Positions 9,309 through 20,784 of a stretch of 64,000 nt of DNA are shown here, one piece after another. A program made the position numbers and the translations under genes. Source of the DNA: Verrucomicrobiota bacterium (GTDB taxonomy: Bacteria > Verrucomicrobiota > Verrucomicrobiia > Opitutales > Seribacteraceae); NCBI GenBank assembly GCA_027622665.1, contig JAQBYT010000015.1, positions 13,327-77,326 on the forward strand, in the 5' to 3' direction. How positions within the stretch are numbered: position 1 is the stretch's first letter; each line of letters opens with the position of its first letter. The notes beneath the pieces were generated by a model, which saw only the letters and a list, made by a program, of their open reading frames with translations, was not told the DNA's origin and did no database searches.

Positions 9309-10541
9309 ATGAATAAGATTATCTTTTTATTACCGCTCTTATCAGGGCTAACAATTACTCATGCAGGGGACTGGCCGGGTTGGCGCGGGACAGATCGCAC
9401 GGATGTTTCCAAAGAAACGGGACTCTTGCAGGAATGGCCTGAAAGCGGCCCAAAGCTAACATGGCTAAGCAAGGAGGGAGGTTTGGGTTACTCCAGTTTC
9501 TCCGTAGTCGGAAACCAGCTTTTCACGATGGGTGCCTTCGACCAGAAGGAGAAGCTTCTAGCCTTGAACGCCCTAACCGGGAAAAAGCTCTGGGAGGTTG
9601 AGGTAGGGGCTTTGCTGACAAACAATTGGGGAGACGGTCCGCGGATGAGTCCTGCGGTGGCGGATGGTTTAGTCTACGCCTTGGGTGGTCGAGGCAAACT
9701 CGTGTGCGTAGAGGTCGAGACCGGTAAGATACGTTGGTCGAAGGAGCTGGTGGAGGATCTTGGTGGTAAAGTGCCGGGTTGGGGCTATACGGAATCGGTA
9801 TTGGTGGACCAAGGAAGAGTCATCTGTACCCCGGGAGGGAAAAAAGGGGCCCTAGCCGCTCTTGACGCCAAAACCGGAAATGTGCTTTGGCAATCCAAGG
9901 ATTTCACCGACGGAGCTCAGTATTCGTCACCCATCGCCATCGAGCATGGAGGCAATCGACAGTACGTCCAGTTGGTCATGAAAAATCTGGTGGGAATCAA
10001 GGCAGACGACGGAGACCTGTTATGGAAATCAGCTTGGCCGGGCCGAACCGCCGTTATTCCGACCCCGATCCACGATGAAGGATTTGTATATATCTCTTCC
10101 GGATACGGCGTAGGTTGCAAGCTAGTGAAGCTCGGAGCAAACAGCGCCGAGGACGTGTACGACAACAAGATCATGAAAAACCACCATGGTGGCGTCATCA
10201 AACTTGGAGATCACCTCTACGGCTATTCCGATGGATACGGTTGGGTATGCCAAGACTTCAAGACGGGGGAATTGGTTTGGAATGAAAAAAAAGCGCTGGG
10301 TAAAGGAGCCATCGCTTACGCGGACAACCGTTTTATCTGCCAGTCTGAACGTGACGGAAACGTGGTGCTGATCGAGGCCTCTTCGACAGGATGGAAAGAA
10401 ATGGGGCGATTCGTCCTTACTCCGCAAACCTTGCTCCGCAAGAAAAGCGGCAAGATCTGGACTCACCCCGTCATCTCCCACGGCAAGCTTTACCTGCGCG
10501 ACCAAGAGTTGATTTTCTGTTTCGACGTTAAATCGGGTTAA
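9309..10541 (+). CDS. Secreted PQQ-like (BamB-like) beta-propeller repeat protein
   Basis: The track ORF starts at TTG 9273. The ATG at 9309 gives a clean signal peptide (MNKIIFLLPLLSGLTITHAGDWPGWRG). Repeated G..vY....g.l.ald..tGk..W blades. Confidence 0.8.
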   Translation: MNKIIFLLPLLSGLTITHAGDWPGWRGTDRTDVSKETGLLQEWPESGPKLTWLSKEGGLGYSSFSVVGNQLFTMGAFDQKEKLLALNALTGKKLWEVEVGALLTNNWGDGPRMSPAVADGLVYALGGRGKLVCVEVETGKIRWSKELVEDLGGKVPGWGYTESVLVDQGRVICTPGGKKGALAALDAKTGNVLWQSKDFTDGAQYSSPIAIEHGGNRQYVQLVMKNLVGIKADDGDLLWKSAWPGRTAVIPTPIHDEGFVYISSGYGVGCKLVKLGANSAEDVYDNKIMKNHHGGVIKLGDHLYGYSDGYGWVCQDFKTGELVWNEKKALGKGAIAYADNRFICQSERDGNVVLIEASSTGWKEMGRFVLTPQTLLRKKSGKIWTHPVISHGKLYLRDQELIFCFDVKSG

Positions 10542-10568
10542 TTTGCCGAATCCACAAGCGGAGCCACC

Positions 10569-10946
10569 ATGACCGACTCCGTTTATCGCCGCATTCTTCG
10601 CCTTGCCGAGAGAGAAGTAAAGCAGGCTCAGGAATCGCTCTCAGGGGATTTGGCGGAAAAAGCCAAGATCTTACCCGTGATCTTCGAGCCTTGCCCCGGC
10701 AAAGAACTGGTGTTGGATGGAGTGGAACCCGACCTGCTCGGTCTGTTCAGTGGCTCATCCTTTCCCGAAGGTCTCGCAGATGATTCAGCTCCACCCACGG
10801 TTCACGTCTTCCTTGAGAACCTTTGGGAGTTTTGCGATGAAGACGAGGGCACTTTCATCGAAGAGGTTCGAATCACCTACCTTCATGAACTCGGTCACTA
10901 TCTGGGCTTGGAAGAAAACGACTTGGAAAGGCGAGGGCTTGCCTAG
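10569..10946 (+). CDS. Small zincin-like metallopeptidase family protein (DUF1025/Zincin_1 type)
   Basis: 125 aa with a C-terminal HELGHYLGL motif (ITYLHELGHYLGLEENDLERRGL). Confidence 0.8.
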   Translation: MTDSVYRRILRLAEREVKQAQESLSGDLAEKAKILPVIFEPCPGKELVLDGVEPDLLGLFSGSSFPEGLADDSAPPTVHVFLENLWEFCDEDEGTFIEEVRITYLHELGHYLGLEENDLERRGLA

Positions 10947-10956
10947 CCCGGAACAC

Positions 10957-10993
10957 AAGAAGGCGTCCCGGAATTAACCGAGACGCCTTCTTT
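10957..10993. terminator. Hairpin between convergent genes (11-bp perfect stem, 14-nt loop), a likely intrinsic terminator
   Basis: AAGAAGGCGTC (10957-10967) pairs with GACGCCTTCTT (10982-10992). It is followed by T/A on the + strand. It lies between the metallopeptidase stop (10946) and the groEL stop (11020). Confidence 0.55.
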
Positions 10994-11019
10994 AAACTAA
11001 TAGTCAGTTAGGCTGAGCC

Positions 11020-12992
<1,973 letters not shown>

Positions 12993-13108
12993 TTTTTGTT
13001 GGTATTAGGTTTAACTTAGTTGTGAGGATGAATACTTTGACTTCGCAGAAAGACTTAAGTCAGTTGTTTCGTCTCAGTATTTAAAAGATGTGCGTTGAAA
13101 GAATGGTA

Positions 13109-15076
13109 TCAGCTTTTGCCCTTGTCTTCGTCTACAACTTCGAAGTCGGCTTCTACAATATCTTCTTCCTTAGATCCCCTGGAAGAATCGGATCCGGATT
13201 TATTGCCCGTATCAGTGCTTGTACCTGCAGCAGCAGGATCAGACGCCCCTGCAGCAGTACCAGCGTTTTCATAGACTTGCTTGCCTATGACTTCAAGCGA
13301 CTTGAGCAAGGAATCCTTGGCTTGTTTTAAAATGTCGGCACTTGCTCCTTGCTCTTCCAATACCTTTTTCGCTGAAGCGATGGCTTCCTCGACGGTCAAC
13401 TTCATGTCGGCAGGAACCTTGTCCCCTAGGTCGGTTAGCTGTTTTTCGCCTTGGTAAACCATGGAGTCCAGTTCATTTCGAGCAACTACTTGATCTTTTT
13501 TGGTTTTATCGGCATCGGCAAACTTCTCTGCTTCCTTGCGCAAACGTTCAATTTCGGTTTCATCAAGACTCGAAGAGCCCGAAATGGTAATTTTCTGATC
13601 TTTACCCGAACCCAAGTCTTTTGCGGTCACATTTAAAATCCCGTTGGCATCAATATCGAAAGTGACCTCGATTTGAGGCACTCCTCGGGGTGCCGAAGGA
13701 AGACCGTCCAATTTGAAAGTACCAAGAATCTTGTTGTCTTGGGACATGGGGCGTTCGCCTTGCAGCACCACGATATCGACGGCCGGTTGATTATCCGCAG
13801 CCGTAGAAAAGGTCTGAGTTTTCCTGGTCGGAATAGTCGTATTCCTCTCAATCATGGCAGTGGCGACTGATCCAGCGGTCTCAATCCCCAAGGTAAGGGG
13901 AGAAACGTCTAGCAGAAGAACATCGTTCACATCACCTTGCAGCACCGCACCTTGAATACCAGCACCAATGGCTACCACTTCGTCAGGATTAACACCTTGA
14001 TGGGGTTCCTTGCCGACAAGCTCATGAGCCAACTTGATTATCTTCGGGCTACGAGTCATGCCGCCAACGAGAACCAAGTTGCCCACTTCTCCAGCAGAAA
14101 CACCTGCGTCTTTTAGGCAAGAGTCGAAAGGGCCTTTCGTGCGCTCATACAAGTCTTCGCAGATTTGTTCCAACTTAGCACGTGTGAAATGCACATTGAG
14201 GTGCTTGGGTCCGGAGGCATCGGCCGTGATAAACGGTAAATTGATGTCGGTGGCTTGGGTGGACGACAGAGCTATCTTAGCTTTCTCGGCTTCTTCCTTC
14301 AACCGCTGCATGGCCATCGGATCCGAACTGAGATCGACACCTTGATCACTTTTAAATTCGTTCACCAACCAATCGATAATGAGTTGATCCCAGTTGTCTC
14401 CGCCAAGGCGGGTATCGCCGTTGGTAGCCTTTACCTCAAAAACACCCTCGGCAATTTCGAGAACTGAAATATCAAAGGTTCCCCCGCCCAAATCGTAAAC
14501 AGCTATCGTTTCTTCACCTTTCTTCTCCAAGCCATAAGCCAACGAAGCAGCGGTCGGTTCATTAATGATACGCATGACCTCAAGACCGGCGATTGAACCG
14601 GCGTCCTTGGTTGCCCGACGTTGATCATCATTAAAGTAGGCCGGAACCGTGATCACCGCTTGCGTAACGGGTTCACCTAGATAGGCTTCTGCATCAGCCT
14701 TGAGTTTGGCCAAGATCATGGACGCAATCTGTTCGGGCATGAAGATTTCGGTTTTACCCTCCACTACACACTCAAAAGCCGCAGCACCATTCTTTCCCTT
14801 GACAACCTTACAGGGTTGATTCGCGACCTCGTCCTTCACTTCATCGAACTTTCGACCGATCAAACGTTTGGCCGAAAAAATGGTATTGGCGGGATTAGTC
14901 ACCGCCTGCCTTTTAGCAGCTTGCCCAACTAATCGCTCTCCGTCCTTTCCGAAGGCGACGATGGACGGAGTCGTCCGGGCACCTTCAGCATTAGGAATTA
15001 CTTTGGGCTCGCCAGCTTCCATGACGGCCATGCAGGAATTGCTGGTACCTAGATCTATGCCGATAATTTTGCTCAC
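13109..15076 (-). CDS. dnaK: Molecular chaperone DnaK (Hsp70)
   Basis: 655 aa, GTG start. [40 protein letters not shown]. Confidence 0.98.
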   Translation of the reverse strand: MSKIIGIDLGTSNSCMAVMEAGEPKVIPNAEGARTTPSIVAFGKDGERLVGQAAKRQAVTNPANTIFSAKRLIGRKFDEVKDEVANQPCKVVKGKNGAAAFECVVEGKTEIFMPEQIASMILAKLKADAEAYLGEPVTQAVITVPAYFNDDQRRATKDAGSIAGLEVMRIINEPTAASLAYGLEKKGEETIAVYDLGGGTFDISVLEIAEGVFEVKATNGDTRLGGDNWDQLIIDWLVNEFKSDQGVDLSSDPMAMQRLKEEAEKAKIALSSTQATDINLPFITADASGPKHLNVHFTRAKLEQICEDLYERTKGPFDSCLKDAGVSAGEVGNLVLVGGMTRSPKIIKLAHELVGKEPHQGVNPDEVVAIGAGIQGAVLQGDVNDVLLLDVSPLTLGIETAGSVATAMIERNTTIPTRKTQTFSTAADNQPAVDIVVLQGERPMSQDNKILGTFKLDGLPSAPRGVPQIEVTFDIDANGILNVTAKDLGSGKDQKITISGSSSLDETEIERLRKEAEKFADADKTKKDQVVARNELDSMVYQGEKQLTDLGDKVPADMKLTVEEAIASAKKVLEEQGASADILKQAKDSLLKSLEVIGKQVYENAGTAAGASDPAAAGTSTDTGNKSGSDSSRGSKEEDIVEADFEVVDEDKGKS

Positions 15077-15190
15077 AGTATTTTAAATGCAGGATATGCG
15101 CCCATAATTCGATGAATATTCAAAATGTTGATATACAGCAGGTTGTGCGACATTACAGGATCGGTGCCCTGGGTCGAAACAACTTAAAAC

Positions 15191-15230
15191 GTGACCGTGA
15201 GTCACAACCACGTCACAGTAACTGTGACTC
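15191..15230 (-). promoter_or_regulatory. Cluster of GTGAC/GTCAC inverted repeats between the rbfA stop and dnaK (operator, or terminator of the nusA-infB-rbfA unit)
   Basis: + strand GTGACcgtgaGTCACaaccacGTCACAGtaaCTGTGACtc. Perfect 7-3-7 palindrome at 15212-15228. 5-5-5 palindrome at 15191-15205. Outer GAGTCAC/GTGACTC pair. Confidence 0.4.
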
Positions 15231-15246
15231 TTTCGACAATAGGCCA

Positions 15247-15648
15247 TCATGTCTTATTGTCTTGAAACTGTTCGCTGTCAGGATCGGGGAAGTCATCGCT
15301 CTTTTCTTCAAATACCTCGGGTAAACAATCAAGGATTTCTAGGACTCGGTTGCCTCGCTCGATTCCTTCATCCCGAACAAATCGTAACTTCGGGCTGTAT
15401 TTAAGTACGACGTGCCGTCCAACTTCATTCCTGATTTCTCCTACTTTCTTTCGAAAGAAAACAGCGGCCTCTTTAAAATGAGTCTCTTCGCCAAGAACAG
15501 AATACGCGACCGTTCCATTTCGAAGGTCAGGCGAAACATCGACGGAGGTAATCGTCCATCGCACACTCTCGCTACGATAGCGGATGTGAAGGTAGTTGCT
15601 GATCTCGCGTTTGACGAGTTCGTTGACTCTTTGGGTTCGTTGCCCCAT
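15247..15648 (-). CDS. rbfA: Ribosome-binding factor A
   Basis: 133 aa. RVNELVKREISNYL..., ITSVDVSPDLRNGTVAYSVLG, PKLRFVRDEGIERG. Directly downstream of infB. Confidence 0.93.
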   Translation of the reverse strand: MGQRTQRVNELVKREISNYLHIRYRSESVRWTITSVDVSPDLRNGTVAYSVLGEETHFKEAAVFFRKKVGEIRNEVGRHVVLKYSPKLRFVRDEGIERGNRVLEILDCLPEVFEEKSDDFPDPDSEQFQDNKT

Positions 15649-15693
15649 GCCTTTACAAGTTTACCTTTGTGGGACGAGTGGTAAAATAGGTGG

Positions 15694-18051
15694 CTAAAGA
15701 GTCGGTCGAATTTTCTCGATCTCGAAGGTTTCGATGGCATCGCCATCTTCATACTTGATGGTACCCTCCAGTCGAATACCGCATTCAAACCCAGCTTTCA
15801 CTTCTGTCGCATCGTCTTTGAAACGCTTGAGAGTATCAATCTTACCCTCTGCCATGACTTTACCTCCTCGCAGCAGACGAGCTGAAGCGTTTCTAGTAAT
15901 ACTTCCTTCCATAACCATCGAGCCAGCCACATCTCGACCTTTGCTGATCCTAAAGACTTCACGAATTTCGGCCCGGCCAGTCTTTTTCTCGACCAACTCG
16001 GGTTCCAACAAGTCCGCCATGTTTTCCTTCACCAGATCGATCAACTCATAAATAATGTTATTTTGGAAAACATTTACCTCGTGATGCTTGGCTTCGCCGA
16101 CGACGCCATTCTCCATCTTTGCATTAAATCCGATAACATCTGCCCCCGACATCCTCGCCATGCCAATGTCGTTCTTGGTGATTTGCCCCACTTCAGACTG
16201 TACGACCTCGAGGGAAATCTTATCGCTTTTAATTTCCTCCAAAGAAGATTTCAAGGCTTCCACAGAACCGCGAACATCTGCCCGCAAGATAACCCGATAG
16301 GCATTCGCCTTTGTCTTGGCGATAGCAGCAAATAGAGCATCTATTCCTGAAAGGGGTTCTTCCTCATCGCCAGCAGCGGCAACGGGGACGCTAACCAACT
16401 TGGATTTGGCATCTCGTATAGCGTCATCGGCAAGGTTTCGAGCTTCTCGGTCATTCTTAACCTTGCGAAAGATATCTCCGGATTGGGGAGCATCCGACCA
16501 ACCTAAAATATTGACGGGGGTTGACGGTGGAGCCGTTTTTACCTGTTCGCCTCGGTCGTCCAGCATCGCTTTGACCTTACAGTAAACGGAGCCACAGACA
16601 ATAATGTCGCCAGTCTTGAGAGTTCCCTTCTGAACAATCACCGTGGCAGTTGCTCCACGACCGATCTCTTGACGAGCTTCCACTACTACACCCTCGGCAA
16701 TTGCATTCGGATTGGCCTTCAATTCCATGACTTCCGACTGGAGAAGAATCATGTCGAGCAAATCCTCAATGTTTTCGCCTTTGAGGGCAGAAATCGGCAC
16801 GGTAACAGTTTCTCCTCCCCAATCCTCAGGAGGGATGCCGCGCTCCTGCATGTGGGTCTTCACTTTGTCTATGTCTGCCCCCTTGGCGTCAGTCTTGTTA
16901 ATAGCAACGACGATAGAGCCTTGAGCTCGCTGGGCAAACTTGAGGGCTTCGTCGGTTTGAGGCATAAAGCCATCGTCAGCTGCCACAACCAGTACGGAAA
17001 TATCGGTGAGATTTGCTCCTCTTTCGCGAATCTTTGAAAAAGCTGCGTGCCCCGGAGTATCTAAAAAAGTAATTTTCTGGCCCTTGCGTTCGATTTGGTA
17101 GGCTCCGACATGCTGGGTAATGCCACCGGCTTCTCCGGAAACGACATTTGCCTTTCGAATAGTATCAAGCAAAGTGGTTTTACCATGATCGACGTGACCT
17201 AGAATACATACAATTGGAGAGCGAGGTTCGAGTAAGGATTCATCGTCCTCAGCGATTTTCAGAGCCTCCTGTTCTCTATGCTTAGTGGTTTCGGCCTTTT
17301 CTCCACGATGACGAATATCCAACTCAAAGCCCTTTCCTAGGGCAATTTTCTGGGCAATATCCTCCTCGATACTTTGGTTCATGGAAGCAAAAATGCCCAT
17401 TTCCATGAGTTCGGAAATTAACTGAAAGGGCTTGAGCCCAATTAAAACTGCAAATTCACGCACCACGATCGGTGGCTTGATCACAATGGTTTTGGAGTTG
17501 GAAGAAGCTGGTGAAGTCGTGGCGTCGACCAGCGTATCCGCAGAAGTCGAGGATTTCGCAGCTTTTCCAGTCGAAGGAGGCGGCGGAGCCATAATCGCCG
17601 AAGGTTTCGGAGGAGTTGGAGCAACCGGAGTCGGGGGTGGTGGAGCTAAGGCAACAGTGCCGGAATTCAAAGCAGTTTCCCTAATACTAGGCGATGCGGA
17701 AGGTGAGCTCGCTTCTTTGGCACGATCTTCCGCATCTTGCTTTTCCAATCTTTCCCGATCGATATCTTGCTTGCTCTTGACTATTGGCGCGGCGCCGAGA
17801 GGTTCGTCGGAAGAGGATTCCTCCTCGTCGGACTTTTCAGGTTTGTCATCGGTTTCAGACTCGGTGACATCCGATTCCTCAACCACCTCCGATTTCGCAG
17901 GCTTGAGTTCCTCGATAAGCGACTCAGCAGTAATGTTGTCTATGGAACTCGAGGCACTCTTGATTTCGTAGCCTCGTGCTACAAGCAAAACGACAAGTTC
18001 TTTGCTCGTTATACCGACTTCTTTTGCAATAGCATGTATGCGGAAACTCAT
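15694..18051 (-). CDS. infB: Translation initiation factor IF-2
   Basis: 785 aa. Low-complexity N-terminus, then G-domain [24 protein letters not shown]. Confidence 0.97.
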   Translation of the reverse strand: MSFRIHAIAKEVGITSKELVVLLVARGYEIKSASSSIDNITAESLIEELKPAKSEVVEESDVTESETDDKPEKSDEEESSSDEPLGAAPIVKSKQDIDRERLEKQDAEDRAKEASSPSASPSIRETALNSGTVALAPPPPTPVAPTPPKPSAIMAPPPPSTGKAAKSSTSADTLVDATTSPASSNSKTIVIKPPIVVREFAVLIGLKPFQLISELMEMGIFASMNQSIEEDIAQKIALGKGFELDIRHRGEKAETTKHREQEALKIAEDDESLLEPRSPIVCILGHVDHGKTTLLDTIRKANVVSGEAGGITQHVGAYQIERKGQKITFLDTPGHAAFSKIRERGANLTDISVLVVAADDGFMPQTDEALKFAQRAQGSIVVAINKTDAKGADIDKVKTHMQERGIPPEDWGGETVTVPISALKGENIEDLLDMILLQSEVMELKANPNAIAEGVVVEARQEIGRGATATVIVQKGTLKTGDIIVCGSVYCKVKAMLDDRGEQVKTAPPSTPVNILGWSDAPQSGDIFRKVKNDREARNLADDAIRDAKSKLVSVPVAAAGDEEEPLSGIDALFAAIAKTKANAYRVILRADVRGSVEALKSSLEEIKSDKISLEVVQSEVGQITKNDIGMARMSGADVIGFNAKMENGVVGEAKHHEVNVFQNNIIYELIDLVKENMADLLEPELVEKKTGRAEIREVFRISKGRDVAGSMVMEGSITRNASARLLRGGKVMAEGKIDTLKRFKDDATEVKAGFECGIRLEGTIKYEDGDAIETFEIEKIRPTL

Positions 18052-18115
18052 TTAGCGGCTGCGAGAAATATTCTTTTGGGTCGTAAAAAAAATCCAGTTT
18101 TGGTGAAAGTTCCAG

Positions 18116-19432
18116 TTAGGCGGTCTCTTCGCCTTCCGGGGTTTCCTCTGAGTCGGCAGCAGTTTCTTCGGACACCTCGGCATCGATGGACAATTCATCA
18201 TCGGAAGACGCAACTTTTTCTAAAATTCCATCGGCTTCTTCCGAGGTGAAGCCAAGCCCCATCAAGTCTTCCGAGGTTACTCCCTCGAAGGCTTCGGGAC
18301 TAACGAGACCAACGGCAACTAAACGATCCGCCAACTCGAATTCTACGCCGACCGCAGTGAGGGCCTGAGCCGCCTGAGCCTTGCGCTCATCAAAGCCAAC
18401 TTCCTTGACCTCGACCTTTCCGATATCGAGTTTCCAACCCAAAAGGCGCGAAGTAAGCCGAGCGTTAATGCCCTTTCGCCCAATGGCGATAGAAAGATCC
18501 TCTTCTTCCACCTCGAAGTACATGCGACGTTTATCCCGATCCAGCTTTATGTTCTTGGGCACAGCAGGCTTGAGGGCTTCGGCAAGCAACTCGATGGGGT
18601 CTTCGAACCAACGTACGATGTCGACTTTTTCACCGTTCAGTTCGCGAACAATGCTTTTCACTCGCGCTCCGCGAGCACCCACGCAGGCTCCAACGGGATC
18701 CACCTTCGGGTCGGTGCTCTTTACGCAAACCTTGGTTCGGTATCCCGGCTCACGAGCCATCGCGGCAAGTACAACCGTACCATCGGCAATTTCATTCACT
18801 TCCATATCGAAAATTTTCCGCACAAAGGTCATGCTCGAACGGCTGAGAATCAACTCAGGACCACGCCCTTGGGCTTCAAGTTTCAGGAGCAAGCAACGGA
18901 CGCGCTCGCCCGCAACCCAGTCTTCGCCGGGCACTCGTTCGCGCCAAGGCAGTACAGCTTCGGCTTTACCTACTTCGACAATCAAATCACCTCTCTCGCG
19001 GCGGCGTACGATTCCTGATACTAAGTTACCTACCTGGTCCTTGAATTCGTCGTAAATGTGTTCCTTCTCAAATTGACGTAAGCGTTGCTTGATTGCCTGC
19101 TCCGCCGTCTTCGCAGCAATGCGCCCAAGATATGAAGGATCGATTTCACGCTCCACGGATTCACCGACTTTGGGTTCTTCGGCGTAAAGTCGGGCCTTGT
19201 CGATGTGAATTTCAGTAGCGGTATCGGAAACCGACTCGACAACTAAAAGCTTCGTCCAAGCTTTCATTGCACCCGTTTTCGGGTTGATTTCCAATCGAAG
19301 GTCGCCCGCACCGTTTACGCCGCGTTCAGCAGCAGCCTTTACGGCGCTTTCGATTGTGGCGATCATGTCTTCGCGACTGATCCCCTTTTCCTTCTCCATG
19401 TATTCAAGGACGGCGAGTATTTCGCTGCTCAT
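18116..19432 (-). CDS. nusA: Transcription termination/antitermination factor NusA
   Basis: 438 aa. S1 and KH domains ([60 protein letters not shown]). Confidence 0.97.
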   Translation of the reverse strand: MSSEILAVLEYMEKEKGISREDMIATIESAVKAAAERGVNGAGDLRLEINPKTGAMKAWTKLLVVESVSDTATEIHIDKARLYAEEPKVGESVEREIDPSYLGRIAAKTAEQAIKQRLRQFEKEHIYDEFKDQVGNLVSGIVRRRERGDLIVEVGKAEAVLPWRERVPGEDWVAGERVRCLLLKLEAQGRGPELILSRSSMTFVRKIFDMEVNEIADGTVVLAAMAREPGYRTKVCVKSTDPKVDPVGACVGARGARVKSIVRELNGEKVDIVRWFEDPIELLAEALKPAVPKNIKLDRDKRRMYFEVEEEDLSIAIGRKGINARLTSRLLGWKLDIGKVEVKEVGFDERKAQAAQALTAVGVEFELADRLVAVGLVSPEAFEGVTSEDLMGLGFTSEEADGILEKVASSDDELSIDAEVSEETAADSEETPEGEETA

Positions 19433-19469
19433 GGTCGAAAGTTGGTTTTTATTTTAAGAAGTTATTATG

Positions 19470-19496
19470 AAAAAAAAAGAGCGGCTGTGCCCGCTC
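19470..19496 (-). terminator. Intrinsic-terminator-like hairpin plus U9 tract in the leader, 38 nt upstream of the nusA start
   Basis: Minus-strand reading: GAGCGG gcacag CCGCTC followed by TTTTTTTTT (A-run 19470-19478 on the + strand). Confidence 0.6.
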
Positions 19497-19532
19497 CTCC
19501 CTTTTAAGATGAGAATGTATTGAAGGTGTCAG

Positions 19533-19561
19533 ACTAAATCTTGAATCACCGTTTTTGTCAA
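19533..19561 (-). promoter_or_regulatory. Candidate sigma-70-type promoter driving the nusA leader
   Basis: Minus strand TTGACA (19561-19556), 17-nt spacer, TTTAGT (19538-19533). Sequence resemblance only. Confidence 0.35.
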
Positions 19562-19629
19562 TGCTATCCTCCAAGTACGAGCCACTTAGGTTTTATCCTT
19601 TGCGTAAATACGCCGAACTGGTATTTTGA

Positions 19630-20751
<1,122 letters not shown>

Positions 20752-20784
20752 GTTATTCATTATACCCACTCGACCCGCAAAAAC

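Noticed and set aside
12993-15246. CIRCE (HrcA) or HAIR (HspR) operators upstream of groES and dnaK, and a sigma-32-type promoter upstream of dnaK (TTGAAT-N16-GCGCATAT, 15094-15123).
   Set aside because: There is no TTAGCACTC/GAGTGCTAA match. GAGT-N7-ACTG at the rbfA-dnaK palindrome matches only the 4+3 core of HAIR. The sigma-32-like match has two mismatches in the -10 region, over-long spacing, and would leave a ~10-nt leader.
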